DNA from: a virus
Taxonomy: Duplodnaviria; Caudoviricetes
IMG/VR virus record: IMGVR_UViG_3300045771_000049
Span: 88,148 to 152,147 of that record
Length of the DNA: 64,000 nt
Strand: one strand, 5' to 3'
In this document: positions 25,656 through 35,063 of the stretch, piece after piece
Layout of the letters: each line of letters begins with the position of its first letter
Numbering within the stretch: position 1 is the stretch's first letter
Program-made: the position numbers and the translations under genes
The notes under the pieces: model-generated
The model's input: the letters and a program-made list of their open reading frames with translations, nothing else
What the model was told of the DNA's origin: nothing
Databases searched by the model: none

Positions 25656-28067
25656 TTAGACCAAAATGGCCGCTTCGCCGCCTTGCAGCGCCACCCCATG
25701 GCCCCACAGCGTCTTGACGTGGTTGGCCATCGCCGCAGCGTTGTCGAGATTGCGCCCGCGATAGGGCGTGTAAGTGAGGGTCAGAATGCGAGTTTCAGGA
25801 TCGACGGTGCTGACCTCGATCTGGGGCACCGTGTTGTGGCGTTCGTACTGATCGGCCAGACTGTCACGCACTTTCTGATAACCCGCATCGTCGTGGATCG
25901 CGGCGACCTTATATTCCGGTTTGCCGTTATCATCGTGGATTTGGAACAGTTTCAGGGCGCGTATCACTTCCGGTGACAGAAATTGCCGGATCATGCTCTC
26001 ATCCCGGTAGTTGGCCCAGATGTCGCGAATGACCGCCATCTCATCCTGGACCCCGGCGATCTCGGGAAACCACCGACGATCCTCATCGGTTGGTTCGTGA
26101 CAGATACGCTCCACGTCCTTCATGATCGCAAAGCCCAGGGCGTAAGGATTGATGCCGGTATAGCGGTGATCATTGAAGTTCGGTTGCATCACGACATTGG
26201 TATGGGATTGCAGGAATTCCAGCATCGCGCCATCGGTCATATGACCGAGTTCATGCAACCGGGTCATGATCCGGTAGTGCACATAAGTGGCGCACCCTTC
26301 GTTCCCGCACTTGGTTGCGCCTTGAGGGTAGAAGTATTGCGCGATTTTACGCACGATGCGGATGGTCTCACGCTGCCATTCCTTCAAATCCGGGGCGAAC
26401 TTCTCGCAGAACCAGAGGATGTTTTCCTCGGGCTGGGCAGGAAATTTCTTCACCTTAGCTTCCGGGTCTTTCTTCGCCTTGATCAACGAATCAAATAGTT
26501 CACTGATATGAGCCACGTCATAGTCGTTTTTCTCGGCCTGTCGTTTGCGTTCATTCACCAAGGAAAGTTTGCGCGGCTTGCGATACGGATTGACCCCATA
26601 ATTCATCAACGCGTGACAAGAATTAAGAAATGTTTCAACGACCTCACGACCTTCGCGAGCCTCGCACTGGTTGATATAGTCGCGCGCGAAGATCAGATAG
26701 TCCAAGATCGACGAGGCGTCGGTCCATTCCTTGAACAGGTAATTGTTACGAAAGAAGTGGGAATGGCCTTGGCAATTTCCCGTGACAGAGATTTTGTTAT
26801 TGCGGCGCATGACAAACATGCCGCTTGGGACGGTGAAGCAGTAGGCTAGGCCGTCTGGACTGGGAATGCGCGCGAATGGCTGCGGTGGTAAGCGTCCATC
26901 TTTGCTGATTCCAATGAGTGGTCGTTCAGACTTGGTTACATTTACACAGCGAGTACCGGCTGATATATGGCCGTGACATCCAGTTGCAGCCCACACGTAC
27001 TGGACAAACTCCACATCCTGTTTGAATTCTGAAGTAAAATTGAAATTTGGACTGGCGACCGAACCGTCCCAGTAGCAAACCTCCTCACCAATCAGTTTTA
27101 GTTGACGATATGAGGCGGTATACCACTCAGCAGTAAACCGCTTATCGATCATCGGATAACGGAAGAGTACAGAATGTCTTCCCTCATAGGTCGGTTTGCT
27201 AGTGTAAGCGATGCCGAGTTTATCCAAAAGCATTTTTAAGCGCGCGATCTTTCGTTCTTTCTTCAGATGGAATCTCATGATGTAGTCGGGTTTGACGTCG
27301 AAGTGCGTCTTATCGACATTTGGATTGATCATTGAACCGTCTGCTTTGATCGCGATATGCAGGCAGATTTCGTCATCACTCAATGGTAATTCGTTTTCGA
27401 TATCGATATGAAATCCGGTGATGAATCGATTGCACATGCCGCGTGTTTTATTCCGGTGTTGTTGGTATAATTCGGCACCCGTGGTCGTACGGAGCTTGTT
27501 ATAATGATCCACCAGGATCACCGTGTGGTCCTCGGTGATTGCCTGATCGATTTTTTCACTCTCAATATGGATGAAGTCAGTCTGCGGACGCTTGATGTAA
27601 GCTTCTGGCTCAACAAAATTCACGCGCCCATCTTCGTGATACTGGGCGACCTTACCTGCCTGATAGGCATCGATTCTTTGCCAGCCGGTTGGCGAAAGAT
27701 ATTCAGTATCACCGGAAACACAGGCGTGACTCAGCACAAGGCTTTGCATAGTCTGCGTGTTTTCCTCCATCAGATAAGCGATGCAGGGGTCGGAGTTGAT
27801 CACGATCTCATAGGCCAAGCCCTGATAACCATGCTTGTACAATTCCCAGTCACGCGAGAAGTGTTTACCGAACGACCAATGCCGGTAGAAAATCGGCATC
27901 CCATTTCCAGCATAGGCGTCAACCATCTGTTCGGCGGTGATGATCTCGATCTGGGCGGGGTACGGCGTCAGGCCGAGTTCCTGGGTGCCGATCCGTTCGA
28001 TTTCTTTGTACACCCGATTGATGATTTCAAACGACCATTCCGAAGCCGTCCAGAGATATTCGGCCAT
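25656..28067 (-). CDS. spoVR: SpoVR/YcgB family protein, intein-containing
   Basis: GMPIFYRHWSFGK, GLAYEIVINSDPCIAYLMEEN, HA(C)QGHSHFF, NEGCAT, NPYALGF. Confidence 0.93.
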   Translation of the reverse strand: MAEYLWTASEWSFEIINRVYKEIERIGTQELGLTPYPAQIEIITAEQMVDAYAGNGMPIFYRHWSFGKHFSRDWELYKHGYQGLAYEIVINSDPCIAYLMEENTQTMQSLVLSHACVSGDTEYLSPTGWQRIDAYQAGKVAQYHEDGRVNFVEPEAYIKRPQTDFIHIESEKIDQAITEDHTVILVDHYNKLRTTTGAELYQQHRNKTRGMCNRFITGFHIDIENELPLSDDEICLHIAIKADGSMINPNVDKTHFDVKPDYIMRFHLKKERKIARLKMLLDKLGIAYTSKPTYEGRHSVLFRYPMIDKRFTAEWYTASYRQLKLIGEEVCYWDGSVASPNFNFTSEFKQDVEFVQYVWAATGCHGHISAGTRCVNVTKSERPLIGISKDGRLPPQPFARIPSPDGLAYCFTVPSGMFVMRRNNKISVTGNCQGHSHFFRNNYLFKEWTDASSILDYLIFARDYINQCEAREGREVVETFLNSCHALMNYGVNPYRKPRKLSLVNERKRQAEKNDYDVAHISELFDSLIKAKKDPEAKVKKFPAQPEENILWFCEKFAPDLKEWQRETIRIVRKIAQYFYPQGATKCGNEGCATYVHYRIMTRLHELGHMTDGAMLEFLQSHTNVVMQPNFNDHRYTGINPYALGFAIMKDVERICHEPTDEDRRWFPEIAGVQDEMAVIRDIWANYRDESMIRQFLSPEVIRALKLFQIHDDNGKPEYKVAAIHDDAGYQKVRDSLADQYERHNTVPQIEVSTVDPETRILTLTYTPYRGRNLDNAAAMANHVKTLWGHGVALQGGEAAILV
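26775..27722 (-). mobile_element. intein (316 aa) with degenerate LAGLIDADG region
   Basis: CVSGDTEYL start, TEDH block B, AYCFTVPSGMFVMRRNNKISVTGN end, +1 Cys; AIKADGS and CYWDGS motifs. Confidence 0.9.
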
Positions 28068-28076
28068 GTTACAGTC

Positions 28077-29357
28077 CTATACGTTGACGCTTTGTTTTTG
28101 AAACAGCGAGCGAAAGACTTCAATGACATTGTCCGGTGAAGACAACCGTCGGGCCGCGACCTTCGGCGTGAGGGCGGCAATTTCAGCGAACATCTTCCAG
28201 ACTTCCGAGTCACGCTGCACCAACCCGTTCGGATAACCGCTGCTATCGCGACCGACCTCGACATAGGTCACATATTGGAACCACGGCAGCATGGCGGACA
28301 ATTTCTCCCGCGCTTCGGTATTGTCGCTGGACGAATTATCGCCATCCGAGCACTGCGCCATATACAGGTTCCAACTATTCACATCATAGCGTGAGATGAT
28401 AATCTTGCGGGCTTCTTCGTATGCTACGGACACGACGGTGCCACCGGTATCGGTCGCGTGAAAGAATGTATCTTGGTCAACCTCGGCCGCAACATGGGTG
28501 TGCCGGATGAAGACGATATCCACATGCTTGTATTGACGGGTGAGGAACAACCAGAGCAACAGATAGAACCGTTTGGACAATTCCTTCATAAACTCGGTCA
28601 CCGACCCTGACACATCCATGATCGCGATCATCACTGCCTGGGTGATCGGCGTCGGCCGCTTCTCAAAGTTCACATAGCGCAGATCGGATTTCTCTAAAAA
28701 GCTGATCGCGTCAGCGCTGTGTTGCAAGGCGGCGATTTCTATATTGATTTCGCGCTTGCGGTCTTCGTCGTCGGTTTCTTGCAATTCGCCGATGAGTTCT
28801 TCGATCAGCGCGAGTTTGGGGAATTTCAACGCGATGCGCCGACCGAGGCCCTGGATCATGGTGCGTTCCAGCGCGAGGTTGCTGGTCGAGCCAACCGTGG
28901 TGAAGCCAGCCCGGTGGCGAGTGAACGAGATGGTCTGCTTATTGGAGCGCTTGATCATGTCTGGCAGGCAGAGGTCTTCGAGGATGGCATCGACGTATTC
29001 CTGGTAGCTGATGCTGAACCGGAAGTCGTCATTCCCCTCGCCGTCCCGCGCGCCGTCTGAGCCACTGCCGCCGCCAGCGGGTGGCCGGGGGATGTTATCC
29101 CCGACCACGTAGTCTTGGTTACCCGGCAGCACGTAGTCCCACATACCTTTGCCTTTGGCGTAGTGGAATTGGGGTTCCTCGATCCCGTCTTTGGAGACGG
29201 TCACCTCGGTATCGGACTTGTCCTGGATGTTGCGGCCATTGAGTTGTTTCCGCGCCGCTGTGCGGATCGATCCTCTCACGCGCTCGACGAAGCGTTGCCG
29301 GTTTGTCAGACTTTTCCCACTGGGGTTCAGGCGTCGATCAATAATGCCGAATGTCAT
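28077..29357 (-). CDS. yeaH: YeaH/YhbH (DUF444) vWA-domain protein
   Basis: IIDRRLN..KS..NRQRF, PGNQDY, DLRY, MDVSGS MIDAS, TGGT, QCSDGDN. Confidence 0.93.
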   Translation of the reverse strand: MTFGIIDRRLNPSGKSLTNRQRFVERVRGSIRTAARKQLNGRNIQDKSDTEVTVSKDGIEEPQFHYAKGKGMWDYVLPGNQDYVVGDNIPRPPAGGGSGSDGARDGEGNDDFRFSISYQEYVDAILEDLCLPDMIKRSNKQTISFTRHRAGFTTVGSTSNLALERTMIQGLGRRIALKFPKLALIEELIGELQETDDEDRKREINIEIAALQHSADAISFLEKSDLRYVNFEKRPTPITQAVMIAIMDVSGSVTEFMKELSKRFYLLLWLFLTRQYKHVDIVFIRHTHVAAEVDQDTFFHATDTGGTVVSVAYEEARKIIISRYDVNSWNLYMAQCSDGDNSSSDNTEAREKLSAMLPWFQYVTYVEVGRDSSGYPNGLVQRDSEVWKMFAEIAALTPKVAARRLSSPDNVIEVFRSLFQKQSVNV

Positions 29358-29375
29358 GACAGGTGTCCTTAAAAA

Positions 29376-32300
29376 TTACCCAGACTTCTGCACTCGCATA
29401 TAATACTCAACGACACGCCGAACTTGTCGGGGCGTGTAACCTTTCTGGCTCATGCGATCAACAAAGTCATTGTGTTTATCTTGATCGTCTTTGTTCGACT
29501 TAGTACCGAAACTGACGATCGGCAGCAGTTCAGCCACGTTCGAGAACATCTTCTTCTCGATCACCTTGCGCAGTTTTTCGTAGGACGTCCACTTGATGAT
29601 TTTGCCGTTGGCCCGCTGGCGCAACACAAACTTGACGCATTCCTGCCGAAAATCCTTCGGATTGGCGATGCCAGCCGGTTTTTCGGTCTTCTCCAACTCG
29701 CCGTTCAGATATTCGCGGTTGAACATTGTGCCAGTGTCGGCGTCCTTATAATCGATATCGTCCATCCAGTGGTCTGCATAGACTATATACCGATCGAACA
29801 AGGTTTGCCCGAATTCGTCATAGGCTTCCAGGTAGGCCATCTGGATTTCGTTGCCGATGAACTCGACGTAGCGCGGCGCCAATTCCGATTTGATATAGTC
29901 GAGATACATTTTCTCGGCGTCGTTGGGGAACTGTTCGCGGATCAACGCCCGTTCCAACATGAACAAGAGATGCACCGGATCGGCCGACACTTCGTCGGTG
30001 TCGTGGTTGAACGTCGCGGATAAGACCTTGAACGCGAACCGGGTTGACGTGCCGGTCATCCCCTCATCAACGCCCGCCGCTTCGCGGTATTCCATCACCG
30101 GCTTGGCGCGCGGATCGGTCTCCTTGATGTTTTGCCCGTCATAGACACACAGTTTCGCCCACTGGGTGGAATTCTCATGCTTCGCCAGCCGCGTAAGGAC
30201 CGAGAATTCGGCCAGCATCTGCAAGGTCGCCGGGGCACACGGGGCATTCTTCAAGTCAGACGACTGAAGCATCTTCTCATAGATCAGGCGCTCATCGGTG
30301 GCGCGCAGGCAATACGGCACCTTGATCACACAAATCCGATCGATGAAGGCTTCATTATTAGAGTTTGCCTTAAAGTTCTGCCATTCGCTCTGATTCGAAT
30401 GCGCCACGACGATACCGTTGAACGGGATGGCGGAAATGGCTTCAGTTCCCATATAATTGCCTTCCTGCGTCGCCGTCAGCAACGGATGTAGCATTTTTAT
30501 CGGAGCTTTAAACATTTCAACGAACTCAAGCATGCCTTGGTTGCCCCGGCACAGACCACCTGAAAACGAATAGGAATCAGGATCATCCTGTGAGAACTTT
30601 TCCAGCTTGCGGATGTCAGTCTTGCCGACCAGGGACGAAATATCCTGATTGTTCTCGTCGCCCGGCTCGGTCTTGACGATGCCGATCTGTTCGAGCTTCG
30701 ACGGCATCACCCGCGCCACCCGGAACTTGGTGATATCGCCACCCGCCTGCTTGAACCGTTTGATCGCCCATGGACTGAGAATCATATTCAAGTAACGCTT
30801 GTCGATGCCATAATCGGCCATCAGTGCATGATACCTGGGCGCATTGAACAGACCGAGCGGCGTTTCCAGCACGGGCGACATTCCATCACCTGCACACAAT
30901 ACGTAGATCGGAAACTTGGTCATCAACTCGCCGACGCGGATCGCCAGACTCGAATTATGACTAACAATGCCGTTCGCGACGTAATTATGCGTTCCGGCAA
31001 CTTCAATATCATACATCGGCTCATCACAGTCGAGGTCAACGATATCGTCTATCTTGTCCCAGTAAATATCACCTTCGGCAAGTTCTCGCAACGATTCAGC
31101 GTTTTTGAAGAACTCAATGGCATATCGGACAAAGCCCCTGCGGGACCCGATGTTATTGTCGAGTTGAGTGCGCAAGTTTTCCTTGAGTCTGGACGTACCG
31201 TCTTTTTTTGATGCTAGTAGAGTGTTTGTGGCCTCGATCACTAAGTTCTTCGGCAAAATATCCCAACCACCCGAGTGCTTTCGTTGATCGATGACACTGA
31301 CAAACACTTCGTCACATGCCTTTTCTTTTCCATAAATACCAATTCTGGAAAGAAACGTCATGATATGATACCGATCATATATTGCAACAGTATAGGCTCT
31401 CCGTTTCTTCACCCCGTTCAAAATCGGCACGTAGGAGGAGATGCGTGCAGCGATACCAAATTTGCTTAGCAGCGAGCAGACTTGTCGAGCCATGATCTCA
31501 GACACACTGGTATAGCCGATTTCGTTATTAGTTCCGCAAGAAGCCCATCCATCAGTGGCGTATAATCTAGATAAAAATAACGCGACTTGATCTTCTTCCA
31601 ATTGGAACACGTAGTCAGGAATGAATTTTGTGTGACTTAGCGTACCGTTTAGGTTCAATTCCTCAAAACGATGGCGGATCGCCATTTCACCTTCGCGTTC
31701 ATTGATCCGGTAATAGTCGATCAGACCTGTTGCTGCTTCGATCTGCGGTTTGACGACACAGCCCAGTTCCGCAACTGCGCCTTGAAAATCAGCTACCACC
31801 GCTTCGTTGAAATTGGTGAACGTTATATTTCCAGATGCCGGTATATGCCCGTCACCCAGGATATAAGCTAGTACTTTTAGAAACGCTTCGTCGTCGCGTT
31901 TGGTACCGAACGGCAATGTCATTGCCGTAGCAATCAAATCCCCCGGTCGCAAAGCGTCAATTTGTTTCCAGCCATGGTTGGTGAATAAACGATGCGTTGG
32001 GGCTCCGCACACCTCCAAACCACGCGATGTAGTGACTTTCCAAACAGGCTTTTCATCTAGGATGAAAGTGTTGTTGACCTGCTCCGCACAGGTCCGATGT
32101 GTAGTTGCATCAGTCGAAACCACACAGTCACCGACCTGAACAGTTTCGATGGTTCTCCATGACCCATCAGCCATGGCGATCAAGGTCCCGGCACGGTGAC
32201 ATTTCGCGGTGCCGACCGGCCCCAGTAGATAGAGGATTTGCTTGCGTTCCTCCAAGCCCTGCGCGGCGTGCTTGAAGTATCCCACGATCCGCTCAATCGT

Positions 32301-32564
32301 GTCCTCCATGCCGTAGAAGTCCTCGAAGGCTGGATAGACTCGCACGGTGCGATTGGCGAAGATGCGCGACAGCCGAGGATCGGCCGAGGTATCAAGCTTG
32401 ACGGGATCACCAATGGCCGCAACCATGCGTTCGGCGGGTGTGGCATAGGCCATCGAATCGGTGCGACAGAGGTCCAAATAGTCCTGGATACTCATGTACG
32501 TGGTTTCGGTAATTTGAAAGTCGTTTTTGAGAAGGGCTACGATGTCCATTTGCTGTCCTGACAA
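29376..32564 (-). CDS. yeaG: PrkA/YeaG AAA+ serine kinase-family protein, intein-containing
   Basis: FYGMEDTI, GLEERKQILYLLGPVGTAK|SS Walker A, EPGDENNQDIS, EFVEMFK; true start may be ATG 32549; TAAATA at 32579-32574. Confidence 0.94.
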   Translation of the reverse strand: MSGQQMDIVALLKNDFQITETTYMSIQDYLDLCRTDSMAYATPAERMVAAIGDPVKLDTSADPRLSRIFANRTVRVYPAFEDFYGMEDTIERIVGYFKHAAQGLEERKQILYLLGPVGTAKCHRAGTLIAMADGSWRTIETVQVGDCVVSTDATTHRTCAEQVNNTFILDEKPVWKVTTSRGLEVCGAPTHRLFTNHGWKQIDALRPGDLIATAMTLPFGTKRDDEAFLKVLAYILGDGHIPASGNITFTNFNEAVVADFQGAVAELGCVVKPQIEAATGLIDYYRINEREGEMAIRHRFEELNLNGTLSHTKFIPDYVFQLEEDQVALFLSRLYATDGWASCGTNNEIGYTSVSEIMARQVCSLLSKFGIAARISSYVPILNGVKKRRAYTVAIYDRYHIMTFLSRIGIYGKEKACDEVFVSVIDQRKHSGGWDILPKNLVIEATNTLLASKKDGTSRLKENLRTQLDNNIGSRRGFVRYAIEFFKNAESLRELAEGDIYWDKIDDIVDLDCDEPMYDIEVAGTHNYVANGIVSHNSSLAIRVGELMTKFPIYVLCAGDGMSPVLETPLGLFNAPRYHALMADYGIDKRYLNMILSPWAIKRFKQAGGDITKFRVARVMPSKLEQIGIVKTEPGDENNQDISSLVGKTDIRKLEKFSQDDPDSYSFSGGLCRGNQGMLEFVEMFKAPIKMLHPLLTATQEGNYMGTEAISAIPFNGIVVAHSNQSEWQNFKANSNNEAFIDRICVIKVPYCLRATDERLIYEKMLQSSDLKNAPCAPATLQMLAEFSVLTRLAKHENSTQWAKLCVYDGQNIKETDPRAKPVMEYREAAGVDEGMTGTSTRFAFKVLSATFNHDTDEVSADPVHLLFMLERALIREQFPNDAEKMYLDYIKSELAPRYVEFIGNEIQMAYLEAYDEFGQTLFDRYIVYADHWMDDIDYKDADTGTMFNREYLNGELEKTEKPAGIANPKDFRQECVKFVLRQRANGKIIKWTSYEKLRKVIEKKMFSNVAELLPIVSFGTKSNKDDQDKHNDFVDRMSQKGYTPRQVRRVVEYYMRVQKSG
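30954..32201 (-). mobile_element. intein (416 aa) with LAGLIDADG homing endonuclease, inserted in Walker A
   Basis: CHRAGTLIAMADG start, THRLF block B, LAYILGDG and LYATDG motifs, MYDIEV..HNYVANGIVSHN end, +1 Ser. Confidence 0.94.
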
Positions 32565-32931
32565 TGGTACAAGTATTTAGTCCGGTTATATTGCCGGAAT
32601 CACGCCATCAGTGCATTTTGAAGCTGACTGACTATTACTTTCTCACCACTTTGGAGCACGAGGGACTTTGAGTGGTGTCAGACGCCTGTCACAACAAATG
32701 TATGACGGAGTTTGCGTCGGTGAAAACATACTGCGATATTCTGCTGCCGCAATGCAAGCGAAATTGTGATCTTTGTTTTTCTACTTCGCCAAGTTCAAAA
32801 GCAGGCTGGTTGTTGCGTTGCCATTTCCGCTTCAGGTCTCGGCCGGGACGCCATGCAAAGGCGTTCTCCGATGGTTGCGAAGCTCAGTGATGATCTGCTA
32901 GTCTATACTGCGCTAAACAAGGAGGTTGAAT

Positions 32932-33054
32932 ATGTTTCGCAATCCGAGACAAAGCAAGACGGCCTTGGCTGAGCTAGCGGCCGAACGTCGGATGATCATG
33001 CCGGGCGTTGCTCGCCGTGCAAACGGAAACTCGCGAGCATCAGCCGAATTTTAA
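32932..33054 (+). CDS. small hypothetical protein (40 aa)
   Basis: AAGGAGG ribosome-binding site and TATACT box upstream; MFRNPRQSKTALAELAAERR... Confidence 0.5.
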   Translation: MFRNPRQSKTALAELAAERRMIMPGVARRANGNSRASAEF

Positions 33055-33190
33055 TTGGCTTGCCGATGCGCTGCCTGCCGACCAGGAGGCGTGAATCGTA
33101 TGGCGGGGAGGGCTTGGAGGCCTCGCCGCCTTCTGGCATATCGTGATATCAAATCATTTTGCGGTTTGTCAGACGCTAAGGAGAACGAAC

Positions 33191-33556
33191 ATGATTACGA
33201 CTGACCAATTACTCGCTGCGGGTTATCGGGCGTTGCGCGACACTTATGCTGAGCAACGGCTGGGGAGTTGGTATCGTATGTCCTATGTGAAACACATCAC
33301 CGATCGCGTGGGGACCCGTTATATCATTTTCATTTCTCATGGGCTCATCCCAGCGCACAACGGGTCTCCGGCGCGGCCGTTTTTTTCCACCGATCATCAA
33401 TTTGCACGCAAGGGGGTGATCTTCAATGTCGAGGTGGTCAGCGGGGCGGACAGCGTCGAGGAGATCGAGACGTTTTTCGAAACGGTCTGGTCAACGCTGC
33501 GGGCTGATTATTACCAGGGCGGCCCGGATCAACAGCGCCATTTTCCGCAACAGTAG
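33191..33556 (+). CDS. hypothetical protein
   Basis: AAGGAG upstream of ATG 33191; followed by a terminator. Confidence 0.65.
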   Translation: MITTDQLLAAGYRALRDTYAEQRLGSWYRMSYVKHITDRVGTRYIIFISHGLIPAHNGSPARPFFSTDHQFARKGVIFNVEVVSGADSVEEIETFFETVWSTLRADYYQGGPDQQRHFPQQ

Positions 33557-33573
33557 GACCCGCGATGAGGAGC

Positions 33574-33602
33574 GGGCGGAGGTTGACCCTCCGCCCTTTT
33601 TT
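33574..33602 (+). terminator. intrinsic terminator
   Basis: GGGCGGAGG-TTGAC-CCTCCGCCC followed by TTTTTT. Confidence 0.8.
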
Positions 33603-33809
33603 CCCGGTCGCTTACTTCCGAGGCGGCTCCCGGTCACTTACTCCCGAGGCGGCGGATGTACGCGGAACGCAGTTCAGTGTCAACGCCTTCTTTTTTTGAA
33701 CGGTGGCAGTTGACCCGCTTGACAAACCGACCGGTCTCCAACAGACTGTTTGTCCAGCCAAGATAATGGCTACGATAACAAGAAGCGATTGGTCCAGGTA
33801 TGACATGGA

Positions 33810-34292
33810 TTAAGGCGAACGTGCATCACACGTTCGCTTTTTTTTGGCGCGATCAGCGAGTTTAAGTTGTCGGGCCGCTTTTCGTGCCAGATTCTGCTGG
33901 AAAGCCTGCTCGTCTTGGACGATCTGACGCAGCAGTTGATTGACCGTGTTGGTCAACATCACCTCCGGGCTGATAATGTAATTGACGGCCCCAGGGTAGG
34001 TTCCTTTGGGGTAGGGATGATTGCTGATCCGGATTTCGAAACTCTGATTATGCGGGGATCGGTAGTAGCGACTTTCGGCGCGGCCGTCCCATTTTGCCTT
34101 GCTGGTGCGGCGGCGCACCCATTTGCGACAGCGCAATTTCCGGGTCAAGACTTCGATGGTGGCACGTCCGGCCTCGACGGCGATGTCCCGACCCTTGGCT
34201 TCGGCCACGCGGGCGCGAAATGGTTTTGCCCACTCGCAGGCAATCGGCAGTGCCAGCACTTGTTTTGAACTATACCAATCAAACTTTTGCAT
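33810..34292 (-). CDS. basic hypothetical protein
   Basis: AGGAG upstream of MQKFDW; ESRYY..IRISNH motif. Confidence 0.6.
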   Translation of the reverse strand: MQKFDWYSSKQVLALPIACEWAKPFRARVAEAKGRDIAVEAGRATIEVLTRKLRCRKWVRRRTSKAKWDGRAESRYYRSPHNQSFEIRISNHPYPKGTYPGAVNYIISPEVMLTNTVNQLLRQIVQDEQAFQQNLARKAARQLKLADRAKKKRTCDARSP

Positions 34293-34525
34293 GGGTTCTC
34301 CTGTTACTGAGAGTAGATGAGACTTGCATTGGTGTTTACTGCGGGATAAATGTGCGGACCCCAATGGAGCTTCAAAATGTCGAGTAAAGGTCACGCTGAT
34401 AATGCGATTTTGCGCGAGACGCCACAGTTCAAAGAGAAATTGGCCGCGAAAAAGCGTAAGCGTCGGCAAGCTGTATATACCAACCGTCGTGCCAATCAAC
34501 ACGGTAAAATCCGAGGCAAAAGCTG

Positions 34526-34840
34526 ATGGCACCCCTCGCCGACCTCAATGTCCGCAGACTCTGCATGATCCTCGAAGTTGCCATGTCCAATCTGCTCGAC
34601 AGCAGCGAGGCTCCGGTCCCCAGACCGGCGATCGAAACGTGGCTGATGAACTATCTGGACGCGCTCCCCTTACGTATCTGGCTGACAGAGCCGCCGCCTT
34701 GGGCACTGCTGACCGATGATCGGTTCTTCATAAACTTCGATGGTTGCTATATGATCACATTGACGGTCAACCAGTCAGTCAGCCACCGCGCGCTGGACTA
34801 TTTCGCGATCACGCGGGAAATATATCAAGAACTGTCGTAA
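34526..34840 (+). CDS. hypothetical protein
   Basis: 104-aa ORF. Confidence 0.5.
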   Translation: MAPLADLNVRRLCMILEVAMSNLLDSSEAPVPRPAIETWLMNYLDALPLRIWLTEPPPWALLTDDRFFINFDGCYMITLTVNQSVSHRALDYFAITREIYQELS

Positions 34841-35063
34841 TCATCCACGGCCCCGCCACGCCTGCCACTGGTAGCGAGACTGCTGAGAGGCGATAGCCCG
34901 TTTGAACCGCTCAGGGGGGCATCCCAGGCCAATGGCGGGGCCTGTCTGAAGCCATGTTGATCCTGACGCGAGTCCAGCTTGCGATGTGCGTGATGCGGGG
35001 CTGCACCCGTGGCAGCGCGGGCACTCAGTGTTCCACATCGCCAGAGAAGTGGGATGATGGCGA

